A stretch of DNA of 64,000 nucleotides from NCBI GenBank assembly GCA_047495785.1, contig JBLDXI010000029.1, positions 186,001-250,000 of the forward strand. The letters are read 5' to 3'. Positions 36,621-52,654 of this stretch are shown in pieces (position 1 is the stretch's first letter; the number at the start of each line of letters is the position of its first letter). Source of the stretch: Lepidodermella squamata. Taxonomy: Eukaryota > Animalia > Gastrotricha. The notes under the pieces were generated by a model, which was not told the origin of the DNA, did no database searches, and saw only the letters and a program-made list of their open reading frames with translations. A program made the position numbers and the translations under genes.

Positions 36621-37127
36621 TCATAACCCGATACGGAGATACGGAAGATCGTTGCAGGTGTCATGGGGAAGGACATAGGGCCTCATTCGGAAACTTACGG
36701 TATTTATTAAACTCATAACTGTTTCTTGATGATGATGGCTTTCCACCCAATTCAGGGTTTCGCCGCTTCCACAACGGAAGCACGCCTCCGTAGATTCGAC
36801 TTTATTCTTGTTATAAAGAAGAAATTCCAGATCGTCGGCGTATTCGAGCTCTCTAAGGCGTTTAGTCGTTGGGGGCAAGACACATCGGAGTTCTCTCAGG
36901 CTAGCTTCAAGAATAGGATACGATGAATAGGACAGGGATCTGGGCGTCTCCTTGCGGCGATCCCACTCGCGTTGATACAGTTTCGCACATTGTCTACGCA
37001 CATTGTCTACGACAAGCAGCATCCCGAATTGCACCCAAGTCATTCTTTTTTCTTCACCACTCACGTTTTTATGGATTAGCTTTGAATTTGAAACAGAATC
37101 AAACAATTGTTCCTTTTCTACCTCCAT
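36621..37127 (-). CDS. Uncharacterised 168-aa ORF
   Basis: ATG-initiated (aaaaATG context) with protein-like composition and a CFRC..HHH..HDTC cluster; no family recognised. Confidence 0.4.
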   Translation of the reverse strand: MEVEKEQLFDSVSNSKLIHKNVSGEEKRMTWVQFGMLLVVDNVRRQCAKLYQREWDRRKETPRSLSYSSYPILEASLRELRCVLPPTTKRLRELEYADDLEFLLYNKNKVESTEACFRCGSGETLNWVESHHHQETVMSLINTVSFRMRPYVLPHDTCNDLPYLRIGL

Positions 37128-37355
37128 TTTTTACATTATTTCGGGCTGTCTGAATACAATGATGTATGGTTTCAAGCACAGCCGAGATAAGCGTGCAGTT
37201 GGAAAAAGTAGCAAAAAAACTTGATGCCGTTGAATGTATGACAATTTACATATAATCTTTTTTCTTACCTTTATCATGCAGCCAACAAACATTAGAAAAA
37301 AGCTCATGAAATGAATTGAAATGACTCAAACAGGAAAACCACGGCATGCTTTTAA

Positions 37356-40418
<3,063 letters not shown>

Positions 40419-40607
40419 AAAGCTACATCTTCAACCTGAATTTGCGTTATGACCAAAACTCAGAACAGTTTAACTGATGATGACAGCAAATTTTTTAGTA
40501 AATGAAAAACTGTAATATTGAATGTATGTATTGAATGGCTTGAACTAGTACTATGTATCGCATTCTTAGTAGTTATACTTGTTTAATTATTGCATAGCAT
40601 AATTATT

Positions 40608-41361
40608 CTTGGGACTAATACTGTATGGACTAGACACCAGCCACTAGGAAAAAAATCAATAATTTCGATGCGAGAAAATCGCATGAAAAAATGTTTTTTT
40701 CACCGATTTTTACGCACCATTTTTACGCTAAAATAGGAAAGGTTTGAAGAGAATACCGTATGGGCATGCCATGCCGATAGATAAAGACTTAATTTTTACG
40801 AATATCGATAGCTCAGGTCACGATCTTTGTAACAGTGCCAAGTTTGAAATTTTACGACTGTGCTACAATTTTATTTAGAATTCTATACGGAAATTGTCAT
40901 TTTTAAGAGAATAAAGAAATTGCAAAAAATTATTGAATGAGTCATGAATATTCTCTTCTATTTCTTCTGAATAAATCAGCGTGAAAAATTCGGTCATATT
41001 TTTAGAAAGCTTCACTCATACTGTTAGTAACATCAATTTAGCTAAGTAGATTCAGCACCCATCAGGTCATGTTCATACCGTTGCCAAGGTCCTCTCATGT
41101 AGAATTCAGTTGTGTAAATTTCAACACAATCCAATGTAAAGGTAAGGTGTGATACGGTACCAACGGGAAGGGACTCCGATTTCTCTCCATTTAATGGGCG
41201 CATGCGTAGAAAAGACTCGTTTAGAACGTCAATTTACGATTTTTTTTCTCGCGATTTTTGCATGACTTTACGACCAAGATTTTTTGGACGGTTTTTTGCG
41301 TCCAGCAGGATTTTAATGGAGAGATGCTAGCAGTGTCGAGTCCATAGAGTGTTAGTCCCAA
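40608..41361. mobile_element. ~750-bp MITE with ~30-bp imperfect TIRs, possibly Mutator-like
   Basis: ttgggactaatactgtatggactagacac versus the reverse complement of gtgtcgagtccatagagtgttagtcccaa. ataattatt flanks both ends (candidate 9-bp TSD, though the motif is near-palindromic). Confidence 0.7.
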
Positions 41362-41718
41362 ATAATTATTGCATTCAAGTCGACTTTAACGGACGATTTT
41401 TTTCCGAAATCAAGTTTTATTGCCAGGTAATGACGACTTCGAACATACCTGGCCGTCTATATAATAAAGCTGGCTTTATCGATTAGAGTTGACTTGATCA
41501 TAAAGACAGCTTCGAAAATAACCCCCTTTGTTTTTTCAGTTTTTTGGCACTGCAAGAAAATTCTGCTTGCTTTATTCATTTCTCGATTTTGAAAATCAAA
41601 CACAGGCAATTGTTATGAAATAATGAGCTTTAAAACGGGAGAAAAAACCAGGATTGATAATAAATACAAGGAAAGCTTTCAAGGTTAATTGATAATTGAT
41701 ACGGACGTGCAATCAATC

Positions 41719-43318
41719 TCACGTCCTCCAAGGCGTGATTCGGAAGGTGGCCCAAACTTGTGGAACCTGCGAAGAAGAGGCATCAATCAACGCCAGAGAT
41801 GCGACGTGAGTCTCCTGTTTCGGCTCAGCCTCGGTCAGCTTACGATTCCGATTCGCACGTCTCACCCTCCGAATGATGAGCGTCGCAACAGAGCCGACAA
41901 ATACCATGAACACGAAAACAGACACAGAGGCAGTTAGCCATAGGTAGGTCGGGGTGGAAATGAGTACGAACAACGGATCACACGAGTCGACAGTGATTTG
42001 ACTGTCGTCATCAACATGTAGCTGCAAATCATTATCCAAAGGTTGGTTCGAGGTGATGCGGACACAAGTCGCACTTTCACGGAACGGGCAGTGGTAGCAA
42101 GTCAACCCAGGCTTACATACGGCGATCTTCGCGCTCAAAGTCGCCGAGTCCAGATCAATGTCGCAAGCCTCGCCGCATTCTCGCACTTCGGAGACAACAG
42201 ATGACGGCAGGCACCGTGTCTCAGTTTGGAATGGCGAAGGCCTCGTAACCGACTGATCGCCAATTCTCACGGTCTCCGGCCTTTTCACCCTGAGCAATAT
42301 CGACTCGTAATAGTCGTCGCCTCTGCCCCGCCTTTTCACCGTAACATTCACATTCGGGACCACAATTGACGCTTGGATGAATTTGTTGGCCGCATCACAC
42401 TGGCATTTCCTTTCGTGGCATTTCGCGATCGATAACTGACTCGATTTTTTGTTGTAATTGATCGGAACCATCTGGTGGTAAGCTCGGTATTGAGCCACGT
42501 TGCATTCGAAAGAGTTGGCGCACACTTCGCCGATTCCGATCAGTTGGCATGAACCCGTTGTAACGTTAGTCTGGGCGTTGAAGTTTGTTTTCCAGATAAA
42601 GCCAGGTGAGCATTGGCAACGGCGATACGGGTGAGCTGGTAAACAGGCCAGGCGTTGTGACACATCGCAGGATGCTGAAGAAGCGATTCTCTCCCCACAC
42701 CTTTCACCAAATGTCCTTCTGCCTAATGAGTCGACGCACCTTCCGTTATCGTCCTGAAAATCACGAATTTGGATAGATCATTATAACGATATGTAAAAAA
42801 GCTTACAATAGTCGTCATGCTACATTTGACTAGGGCAGATTTAATTTCGCAAATCGCTCCCTCTGGCAGCATCAGGACTTCATCACCGTCTGGATTCGTC
42901 ACTCCTTTCGGCCCAACCAAACACTTTTGGCCCAGCTTCGCGATTGGCCGGCAGTCTGCCCACGGCGACCACGTATCGTTAGCTGCCTGGGCTGATCTTG
43001 GCAGAAATTGGCGGAACCCGTCGAGACAGAGACAAACCCCACTGTTGGCACCACCGCATGGCTTTTGGACCGGGTAACAACGTGCATTACGACCGCATTC
43101 TGGTTCGATGGCTGCCGGATCGCAAACTAGAAAAGTATGAAATGCGATTACAACACAACGAAAAAATGTAGGAATAGCAGCAAAATTTTGCCTCTGGGGC
43201 AAGAGTACTCGAACGTCTAATATATTGACTCACTTGATCCGAGCTGTTTTGGCAAGGCGTTAATTTGACTCGTTATGGCCGATAGTAAGAAAAGCTTAGC
43301 GACCGTTAGTGCGACCAT
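41719..43318 (-). CDS. Cys-rich (EGF/EB-module-like) type I membrane protein (479 aa)
   Basis: Exons 43318-43234 (signal MVALTVAKLFLLSAITSQINA), 43126-42807, 42753-41719. Repeated C..C.C..GF / G..C modules; TM WLTASVSVFVFMVFVGSVATLII followed by RRVRR. Confidence 0.8.
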
Positions 43319-44600
43319 TGATCGAATCACGATATCATTGTATCATATAACTGAAACCGAGCCGCTATGCCCTGCTGAAAAATCCCGCCGCATCGAGTCA
43401 GTCTTGGACCGCCGCATTCAGCCATGCGTATTGCCTCGCATGTGTGTTTGAGTGGGTTCAAAATGCCGGTGTTACATACACATGCTCGCGCATCGGCCTG
43501 GCGCGTTATTCGTGTAGTAGCGGCCATCGCGCTCTTAATCGCAATGTGATATGCGCCGCGGCCGTGATGGCTCGAACAATAAAAAGCGGGGCGCGGCCTG
43601 GGCGCTCTCCACCGTCGCGTATAATGGCGCGCGACAATGCGCGGCCGCGTGTTTTTTGCCGCGCATTGTGCCGCCGAGTGGCTATCATCACGCGCAAACA
43701 CGGCGGCTGCGTTTCGCACGCTTGTTTGTGCTGTTCGCATGATATCGCAGGCCGAGCAATTACGCAGAAGCAACACATCACCGCATACGTGCAACGCTCG
43801 ACTTGATTTCGTGAATGATGCAACTGCAACGGTGTCTGGCAGGTAAAATCCGTCATTTCCTCGCAATTAAATTAAAATGTGCTAATGAGTCAAGGAATTC
43901 TCAGTTGAAGTGAAAATGAGTGATAAGTGGGGTTTGGCGTATTTTCTGTATTTTCCAGCAAATGGCAAAACTTGTATTGACTTGAAGAGGGACGATTATT
44001 GGATTCCTAGTTATCTTACTCAGCAGTCTTTCTTGAGAATTTTGAATTTTCTAATTTCAGACCTCTAGGATGCTCCCATCCTCATCCTCCTTAAAACACG
44101 GAAAACCCCAGAGATGCCCTGGAATGTGTCATTGATTCAGGTTGTCCCACAGACATCAGCTTGATCCAACAAAATAAAACATACAGCGAGATTCCTCACC
44201 TCAGATTACCCTTGAAAATGTTGATAGCGCAAAAATTAAATTACATCTGAATTTAATGGGCGACGGATTTTTCATAATACTTACTGAAAACTCAAATGTT
44301 TTATGATTGCATATTTCTTTAAATTATAAATTTTCACCCCTTAACTTAGAAGCCCATTTCCTCGGCAACTCTGATGAATATCAACCTATTTTTCAAATCA
44401 ATCGACCGCTCGTTAATTGATATTGAAAGCGGCATCAAAATCGCACTTATCACTTATTTTCGGTCAAATACCGTTTAGCTTTTGTATATCTCGAAAACAT
44501 GAACATGTTCAAATCTGGGTTGACGCTTTTTATTTTCACGCTTATTCATGGGATCTTTACAAAGGTCTGAATTATGTCAAAACCGGGCGCCAGGGAGATA

Positions 44601-45923
44601 TCAGCTCATTCCTAGATGCACAGTCGAAACGTGGGCCAGGAGAGCCCTGCGAGTTAACGTTCGTGCCTTGCAAATTTCACACACATAGTCGCATAGCTCG
44701 TTGTGAACTCTCGCGAAATGCCTCAACCGTCCCCTGGAGCTCCGAGATACAAATTCGCAGGCTGAACACTTGAAGAGAGGGCCAGGATCGCGTTTAGAAC
44801 AACGCAGCTCGCCGTGAGAAGCAAGGTCACCGGATGTCAAAAACTTCAATTTACACGTGCTACATTGAAATTTGAGTTGATCCGAATGCCTTCGCCGATA
44901 ATGCTTCATGATATAATCCCTGCGATGGAAGTTTGCATTGCACACAAGACAAGAGTAAGTCGATTTCCTAATAGCACGCTCTGGCTTAGTTCCACCTGCT
45001 TTCAGCTCGGGGTGGCTGGTAAAGATGTGCTTATCCAAAGTCATTTGCGTCATCTTGGGGCGTTTGCAGATATCGCAGACATACTTGCATAATTTTGGGT
45101 GGAGCTTTTCGAAGTGGCCAACCAGAGTAGGTCTACTCCTACAAATCACATTGCAGGCAGAACATGGAAATGGCCCCATTGAAGGTAACTGTCGACATGT
45201 CAGCTGCTCATGGCAAGCTAAATCATCGGAGGTCAGGAATCCAAGTTTGCAGTACTGGCACATGACTTTCAGCACGGTCGGGTGGAGCTGCCGCAAGTGT
45301 ACAAGTAAAGCCCGCTTGCTTCTCAACAGACTGTCGCATTCACTACAGACGGAATCAGCCAGCTTGGTGCGACACTTGTGATACTTGTGCGACGCAACTC
45401 TCCAAAAGCGCTTCCCGCAAGTTCGGCAAACAATTTTCGCCTTGCCATTCTTTTCGGGATGCAATATTTGAATGTGGCAAAGTAATTTGTGAATGCTGGT
45501 GAGATATTCAGGACAGAACATGCATCCGAAGGGGGTGGCTCTTAGCTTTTGCTGCTTGCATCCCCATTCGTGGTTGTTTCTTGACTGAGTTGATTTCAGT
45601 TCGATGGCGCAAAACCGACATGTAACATCGGATTTCCCCGAGTGGATCGCTTTGAAATGTTCATCAAAGCTGGTGTCAGAAGAAAAGGTCTCATCGCATG
45701 GAACACAGTGATATGACGGGTTGAGCGTTTCTTTGTTATGATTACGGCTGTGGTGCTGGCCCAAAGATCTGCTTGAAGTTAAGCGTTGGGGACAGATGCC
45801 GCACTGAAACTCGCATTTTTCAGGATGTTTGCCCTGAACGTGCAGCAAGTGACCACTCGGGGACGTGTATGATTTTGAACAGAAACTGCAATTGAACGGC
45901 GGCTGCTTCTTATTTCGGCTCAT
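44601..45923 (-). CDS. Intronless multi-zinc-finger protein, paralog 3 (14 fingers)
   Basis: Likely ATG at 45923 (MSRNKKQPPFNC). Same finger order and linkers (HP.KC.F.C, SDVTC.FC..ELKS, ELCDYVCEIC). Confidence 0.9.
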   Translation of the reverse strand: MSRNKKQPPFNCSFCSKSYTSPSGHLLHVQGKHPEKCEFQCGICPQRLTSSRSLGQHHSRNHNKETLNPSYHCVPCDETFSSDTSFDEHFKAIHSGKSDVTCRFCAIELKSTQSRNNHEWGCKQQKLRATPFGCMFCPEYLTSIHKLLCHIQILHPEKNGKAKIVCRTCGKRFWRVASHKYHKCRTKLADSVCSECDSLLRSKRALLVHLRQLHPTVLKVMCQYCKLGFLTSDDLACHEQLTCRQLPSMGPFPCSACNVICRSRPTLVGHFEKLHPKLCKYVCDICKRPKMTQMTLDKHIFTSHPELKAGGTKPERAIRKSTYSCLVCNANFHRRDYIMKHYRRRHSDQLKFQCSTCKLKFLTSGDLASHGELRCSKRDPGPLFKCSACEFVSRSSRGRLRHFARVHNELCDYVCEICKARTLTRRALLAHVSTVHLGMS

Positions 45924-46312
45924 ATTTACAGTCGCGGATGAGTTAGAAGTTAGAAGAGCAAGTCGCTTCGACAATTCTATTATTTTATCTAGATAAGAGA
46001 ACCTAAAAACAACAACTCTGACTAATGATGATGGAAAACATAAAACATTACAACAAAGTTAAAATCCGTGAATGTTTTAGTCGCTTCAGTAAAGACTGCT
46101 GGTAGAACTTCAGTGCTCAGTGATTCTGAATTGAAAATTCGCACCTCTACAATGTACGCCGCCGGTGCACTAATGTGCCCAAAGGGTTGCGCACTCCTTC
46201 AAGTTCTGCTCTTTCAGCGATAATGAGAAACTCATTCTAAATCTAAATTCAAATGTATTTGTTCATTAGTCATTATTGGTCGATTTCATTTCAATTTGAT
46301 CTAATAGGGTTA

Positions 46313-46828
46313 AGGTAACCTAAATCTGCATAAAAAATGTCCACATTTGTCAAACGCTTGTCTCTCCATAATCATGGGGTTCTCACATTTTGACCATGAA
46401 CAGTCAGAAGTATTTTCAATGTTTTTCTTATTATTACCCATTCAAGCCTCAATTTTAAGCCACGATGTATCTACCTCACACTTTTTCTCTATTGACCACG
46501 TTCTTCGGCGTGTTTCGAAGTACAATTCCCGAAATCGCCAATAATGAGCGAGTATGCAGTTTATGTTCAGAAGTGAAGCTTTTATGCAGATTTATGCGGC
46601 ACCCTCGAGCGATTTTAAATTTTTGCCTTTTTGACTTTGAGCAAGGATGGCTAAAGGTGGGGAATAGGCTCATGAGATTTTGTGAGCTTACTAGAATGGG
46701 TTCTGACTGTTCATGGTCAAAATTTGAGCCCGGAGAACCTCATGGTGATAGAGTGACTATAGGTGACTATAGAGTGACTATAAGCGTTTGACAAAAGTGG
46801 ACATTTTTTATGCAGAATTAGGTAACCT
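46313..46828. mobile_element. ~516-bp MITE with ~47-bp TIRs
   Basis: aggtaacctaaatctgcataaaaaatgtccacatttgtcaaacgctt versus aagcgtttgacaaaagtggacattttttatgcagaattaggtaacct; TA flanks both ends. Superfamily uncertain. Confidence 0.85.
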
Positions 46829-47410
46829 TACCGTAGTGGCAAATAGTGGAGGTCCCTTTATTTACGCATAGTCTCAAATCGATTCCGTCAATGTTTTGAT
46901 TTATTGAATATCCCATTTTCAATTATTTGCATAACAAACAAAGCATAACAAACAACATGCAGTGCTTCCGTGAAAGTGAAGACACGAATCACAGAGTTTG
47001 AAGCAAGAAAAACACAAGATATAAGCTTTAATGGTGAGCAGTGTAATGACACGATTAATCCTGCATCTCAATGCATTTAAAAATCTCTGCCTGATGACTT
47101 TAGCTTTTCGTGTCTAGAAATCTCTTGCTGCAGCCTCTCGCCTACTTCACACCAAAGACAGGCGTTTGCTGATGAATCTTTACCACGTCATTTCCTACAG
47201 CAACGGAAACCAAAGTGAAACTATGCATTTTTTGTCGACATGTCGGCAAAGAAACACGAGTTAAAAACCTTGGAAGACGTAGGAAGTACCCATTGACCTT
47301 AGGAAGTACGTTTGAGGTGTTCAGATTCATCCAACATTAGCTAGAAAAAGTCATGCAAGCCTCTTCATTCATTTTTCAGCAAGCAGCAGAATATAAGCTA
47401 ATTCATTGAA

Positions 47411-49240
47411 ATGTTGTTCGCTCTGTTTACGCTGCTGCTGATCCCAGCCATAGCAGCTCAATCAATTTATCAATGTGATGAAGCCTCCTGGAGTCGGTTC
47501 AAGCTTACGTTCGGTAAACGGTATTCAGCCTCTGTCGATGCTAGCCGGCGGGCGTCATTTTGTGCGAATGTAGCTCGAATCAATGCCCATAACGCACAGT
47601 ATGGATCGAGATTCATCTACCGTCTACAAGTGTTTGGATCAGCTGATTCAAATTTCACGGACCCCGCTGTATTACAAGATATTCTAGGTTTCAAATCAGG
47701 CACATACGCCAAGTCCCCGGTTAGTCTAGGGGACGCACTTGCACCTGAATCGAAAGACTGGCGATCTGAGGGCAAAGTGACGCCAGTTAGGTACCAAGGA
47801 AACTGCGCTTCTTCATGGGCTTTTGCAGCCTTGGGTATGTTTCCAACCCCGATACTTAACGAAGAATGTTTCACGATCATGATCTTTTTTCCTATCATTA
47901 TTACTCATTGCAGGTGCCGTCGAATCCATGATGCTTATACAAAGCAACGTGACCGCGGATTTATCAGAGCAGGAGCTCGTCGATTGCGGTGAGGCATCAG
48001 GAAATTCTGCTTGTCGAGGCGGCTCGCCAGCCGGGGCGTTTGATTACTTGTCCGAACATGGGGTGATGTATGAGACTTCGTATCCGTATATGACGCGAGA
48101 GAGCTATTGTTATCGCAACTATTCAAGAACTACGGTGCTAAGCGAAGTCACTACTGCTTCTGTGGCCGACGAATCTGAGTTGAAGAGGGTGATTGCTCAA
48201 GTTGGGCCTGTAACTGTCGCTATCCATGCATCTTTCAACTTTTTGAATATCATGAGTGGAGAGACGGGTGTGTTCAACGAGGACTTCCTTTGCGCTGGGA
48301 AGCAGCCGAATCACGCCGTTCTTGTTGTTGGCTACGGAACTGATCCGACAACTCGCCAGCAGTACTGGATTATAAAAAACAGTTGGGGACCGGGCTGGGC
48401 TGACGGCGGCTACGTCAAATTCGCCAGGGGGTCAAACCTGTGCAATATTACCTACGAAATGGTTGTACCCATGGTACGTTCAGGTCCCTATAAAAACAGT
48501 TTTAAATATAAGGATTTTTATAGATTGACCTAGCGCCTGCAGACTCAAATTCCGTACCCGTTCAGCCTGCTGTCAGACCCGCATTGTCCTCAACTGATAC
48601 AGCTGGAAACAATGATGGAGTATTTATGGGGAATCTTCTGGCTATGCTGGCCGCGACAGCTCGAGCTGCAGACGCAAAATCGAAGCCAATGGCGCAAATT
48701 AGTCTAGCCTACTCTACAGTCGAATCAGTCACTCGTTCCTTAATCAGCCCCAACGACCAGTGCCGTTACATTGTCAACATGCTAGAGTCCACGAACGCGC
48801 CAGGTGACGGCAGGTGGTTTTGTGCAGTTGGCACGAACCTGACATTTTCATCAGATTCCAATAGAACGATGTACATACCACCGAAATCCGCAGCCTCGCC
48901 GGCTTTCATGATCGTGCAGCAAAATTGCCTTTCATCTGATGTGAGTGAAGTGTCTCTGCCTAGTGTCGCATCTTCGACGAGCAATAATTACCGCATTATC
49001 GCTTCGGACCCCAACTACTGCCCATGTCAGTCTCAAGTAATGGTTAGCGCAACGCCGACACTCAGTAGGCAAATCGTGCCCTATGCTCCGACTATCGCTG
49101 CTGCTTTGAAACAGTACGGTGGCCAGTGGACAGTAGTGACGGGCAATATTTCTGCGATTTACACGGTTTACACGCCACCTTATTACGTGTGGATGAAGGA
49201 TCTATATGACGTTGCCAGTATTCTGCATGCTGAGTGCTGA
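47411..49240 (+). CDS. Cathepsin L-like paralog with catalytic Cys replaced by Ser and the same C-terminal tandem LC8-like domain (566 aa)
   Basis: Exons 47411-47834, 47914-48473, 48524-49240, with the same intron positions as paralog 1. [11 protein letters not shown] (TCA at 47813-47815), [19 protein letters not shown]. Confidence 0.92.
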
Positions 49241-49297
49241 AAGACACAGATACAGCCAGATAGTGACTGTTAAATCAACCTTAATTATTCCTGAACA

Positions 49298-49464
49298 TAT
49301 CTTTAACATCGGTGAATAACTCAAACTAGTATACGCCAGTTCCAAGTGGAAGGTTGCATGTGAAACATCATTTGCTTCATTGCTCTTCCATTTTGTTGAA
49401 AACGCAGCTCTTTACCCTTGATACTTACAGGCCAAAATCAGAGTTATTCAACAACGCTAACGAT
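49298..49464. mobile_element. Diverged copy of the 33517-33730 foldback family
   Basis: Termini tatctttaacatcggtgaataactc and gagttattcaacaacgctaacgat match the TRIM-intron element. Confidence 0.55.
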
Positions 49465-50370
49465 TAATAACCCACAAGAACAAGCAGATGTGGAGCTTAG
49501 ATCCTATTTTGGCACATCCTAATACCTAATACATAAAAAAATTGAGTCTTGGCGAGAATAAATATAAATTATACCAAACTTGCGGCTTGCGGCAACCGTG
49601 TCAAATGTGAAGAAATTTCCGAGTGAATAAGGATGTGAAAAGAGCGCAATAAATTCAATTTATGGAGTGAGAGGATGGAATGTCAAGAAGATTCCAGTGC
49701 CAACCGGGTAGGCTTGAAGACTAAACATCTGGATTGAAAGCGTACGAACAGCCGTTTTGGTTGTTCTAGATGCGGTGTCCAGATTAATCCAAGGTTGAAT
49801 GGAGCGAATCTATGTAAAATTGAAATTCTTTGAACCATTTCTCCCATTTGGAGAGTTAGAATGCATACCCAAGCCAGAGCTGGTTACTTCAGTGGGATTA
49901 CCTGGATACATTTTTCTCTTAGAAGGTGAAAAATCGTTGAAGAACTCGCCTAGAGATCTCCGAAAGCCACCAGAGTTGCGAATGAGCGAACTTGATAAAG
50001 ACTGACGCGCAATGAGCTGCTTTCACCCGCTCGAGAACTGTTCTTGTGTACTGGACGATTTTGACCCGCCCATGTGAATTTTGGACATCTTAAGCCTTGA
50101 CAAACCTTTCCATCTTACCATTTGACTTTCACACCCATGTTTACCAGGGGAAATATGCACGCGCTTGTCTACTGTCGTGAATTCCTCAACCTATGGCCTG
50201 AGGCCGGTTAATTTCCATGACGTAGTTGGAGCTATTATCACTCAACGGTCTGCGTCTTGATTTCATTATTGATAAGCTATTTCCCAACTGGTATTTGCGC
50301 TTGATAAGGACAATTCAGGATATATAAGCACTGGGGAAACCCGATTAGAGTCATCCTTTTCTTCCTCAAC

Positions 50371-52654
50371 ATGTTTTCAATAATTCTACTTTTTGTGATT
50401 GGTCTCGGTAGCTCAACTACGGCTACATGGGTCCACCCGGAAAGTCTGGAGCTCTTCGCCGTAATGGACGGAAAAAATGGTGTGAACGACCTGTCAGGCA
50501 AGCAGAAAATCAGCTCCAGCAGCGATGCGGTGGTGAATTCCAACTACAATGGCCCTTTCAACGAGCCACAGTCGAGCTACACCGTCAAACTGAATAACAA
50601 AGCCATAGTTGAGTACAACACCACCAAGAACACGTACAGAAGCTTCACCTACACGATGTACTACAGGGCTTATACCTATGATACTGCTGGCATTTTTTCC
50701 GAGCAAAACACTGCGCCGAGAAGACTCGGTCTCATACGGCGAGAATATACGCTGGAAATTCACGGCTACAGCGGGACTCAAGAGAAATTCTCATCGAACC
50801 GCGTTGAGAAAGCCGAAGATTTCTTCAGATCCGCCGATTGGCATTTCATCGCTGTTACCTATGACGACGCTAGTAATGAAGTAACCCTCTACGACTCAGC
50901 TGGTTTTGTTAAGAAGAGCTTCAAAAACTTCCACATCGAGTCGAATTCCACGACAGGCTACGTTGTCGGCAATGCGAGGGATAGAAATGGCAATTCGTAT
51001 GGTTTGAAATCAAACGAAGCCATGGCTTGCGTGACAGTTCACAGCTCTGTTCTCAGCCCGTCTGAAATAAGCCAGCTGAGTGATGCCTGCAAATACAAGG
51101 GCGAGTACCCGCCAAGGTGGCCTTCGACCGACAACTTGATGGCCGTGTGGCCTCTCACCAATAAACACAAGTTCACAGATTTGAGCAAGAATGACTACTC
51201 GCCCAAATTCCCGACAAACGGCAATTACGTCCCTGTCAATGGTCCTTTCGGAGGGGAGCTCAACGCAATCATGCCAATAAAGGACATGCAGACCGAAATG
51301 TTCGTAGTATCGCATCCGGCGTTCAAAACTAGCAAGAAGTCTTTCACAGTCTCATTTTTCCTCAAGCTGGATAAAAAGGACTCGAAAGGAGGGATATTTC
51401 AGTTTATTTCGCAGGTGGGTTCCTCCGCTGGACTTCCACAAATTCACTACTCCGGAAATAAGGTTACCCTATCCGTCGGGAAAACCGTTGCGGGTACTGC
51501 AATGTTGAGCTCAGACTCTGTCTGGAATTTTATCAGCTTCAGCTATGACGGATATTCGCAGCTATTGACTGTTTACAACAAGCACGGTGTCGCTTACAAG
51601 AGTACAGACACGATCTCGATCGATATAAGCAATCAGGTTAATGGTGCGCAAGTTGGATATGCCTCCACAGCCGGTGGTTTGGCGCGTGCAGACAGCCTGT
51701 CCTGCTTTTCGGTTTACTACTCAGACCTATCCTGGCCCGAGGTTCAGCGTCTGATCAGCGCCTGCCGGAACACACACGAAGTCACGATGCCCGGACAGCC
51801 GAAGTTGCCGCTGTCACCGATTCCAGCTCACACGTCGACTTCGGCTCAAATCCCGCGAGCGGGCCAGTTTCCGTGGCTCGGCGTCCTTAGCAACGTATTC
51901 GGCAATGAAACCATGTGCACTGTTTCGATTATCGACGAACTGTGGGTCCTAACCTCGGCTAAATGCGTGAATTCAAGCGATGCATACAAGCTTCCAGTTG
52001 TGACCGGCGTTCACGATTTCGCAGTCTCTTCTGTCTACAAAAAGACGCATGCCATCTCCGACATTATTCAATCCGGTTTCTCCGAACGCGACATAGCTCT
52101 CCTGAAATTGAAATCACCAATCGACATGACCTCAGTATATGTAAACGACATTTCGATCTTCGGCAAGGATTCTAATAATGTCGACCAGAGTTCGTTCCAA
52201 TTCATAGCCGGCTGGGGTAAAAATGGCCGATCCGGCCCGACGAGTAAAACGCTGCCGAGATATGTCCATGGCGTGAAGGTGGACGATGAGAACTGTGTGA
52301 TTTCGTGGAATAACACAGACAGGTTCGAACCAGCGACTGACAGCTGTTTCCAAGCTGCTACTCGAGATTTGAATGTGCCCTGCGACGGTGACGAAGGCTC
52401 ACCGCTCATGTTCCAATCGCTTAACGACGCGAAATCAGGATTTGGAGACAGCCTTTTGCAGGTAACAATCATGGCTAATGATGTACGATAGTTTATCAGT
52501 TTTATTGTTTATTTTTTAGTACGGAATATATTTCGGCCGCGATGAGAAGTGCTCGGCGAATAAGTTGCCGCTGTTTGTGGACCTCGAACCCTTCGGGTCG
52601 TGGATTTCGGACAGGCTAATATGCGACATTGCCTGGGACAAGCCGAACTGTTAG
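50371..52654 (+). CDS. Secreted protein: 2 LamG/pentraxin-like domains plus a catalytically dead trypsin-fold domain (741 aa)
   Basis: Exons 50371-52461 and 52520-52654. Signal peptide; two repeats with GPF..SFT...WHFIAVTYD / WNFISFSYD; S1 motifs GQFPW, WVLTSAKC (His->Lys), DIALLKL, AGWG, CDGDEGSPL (Ser->Glu). Confidence 0.88.
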
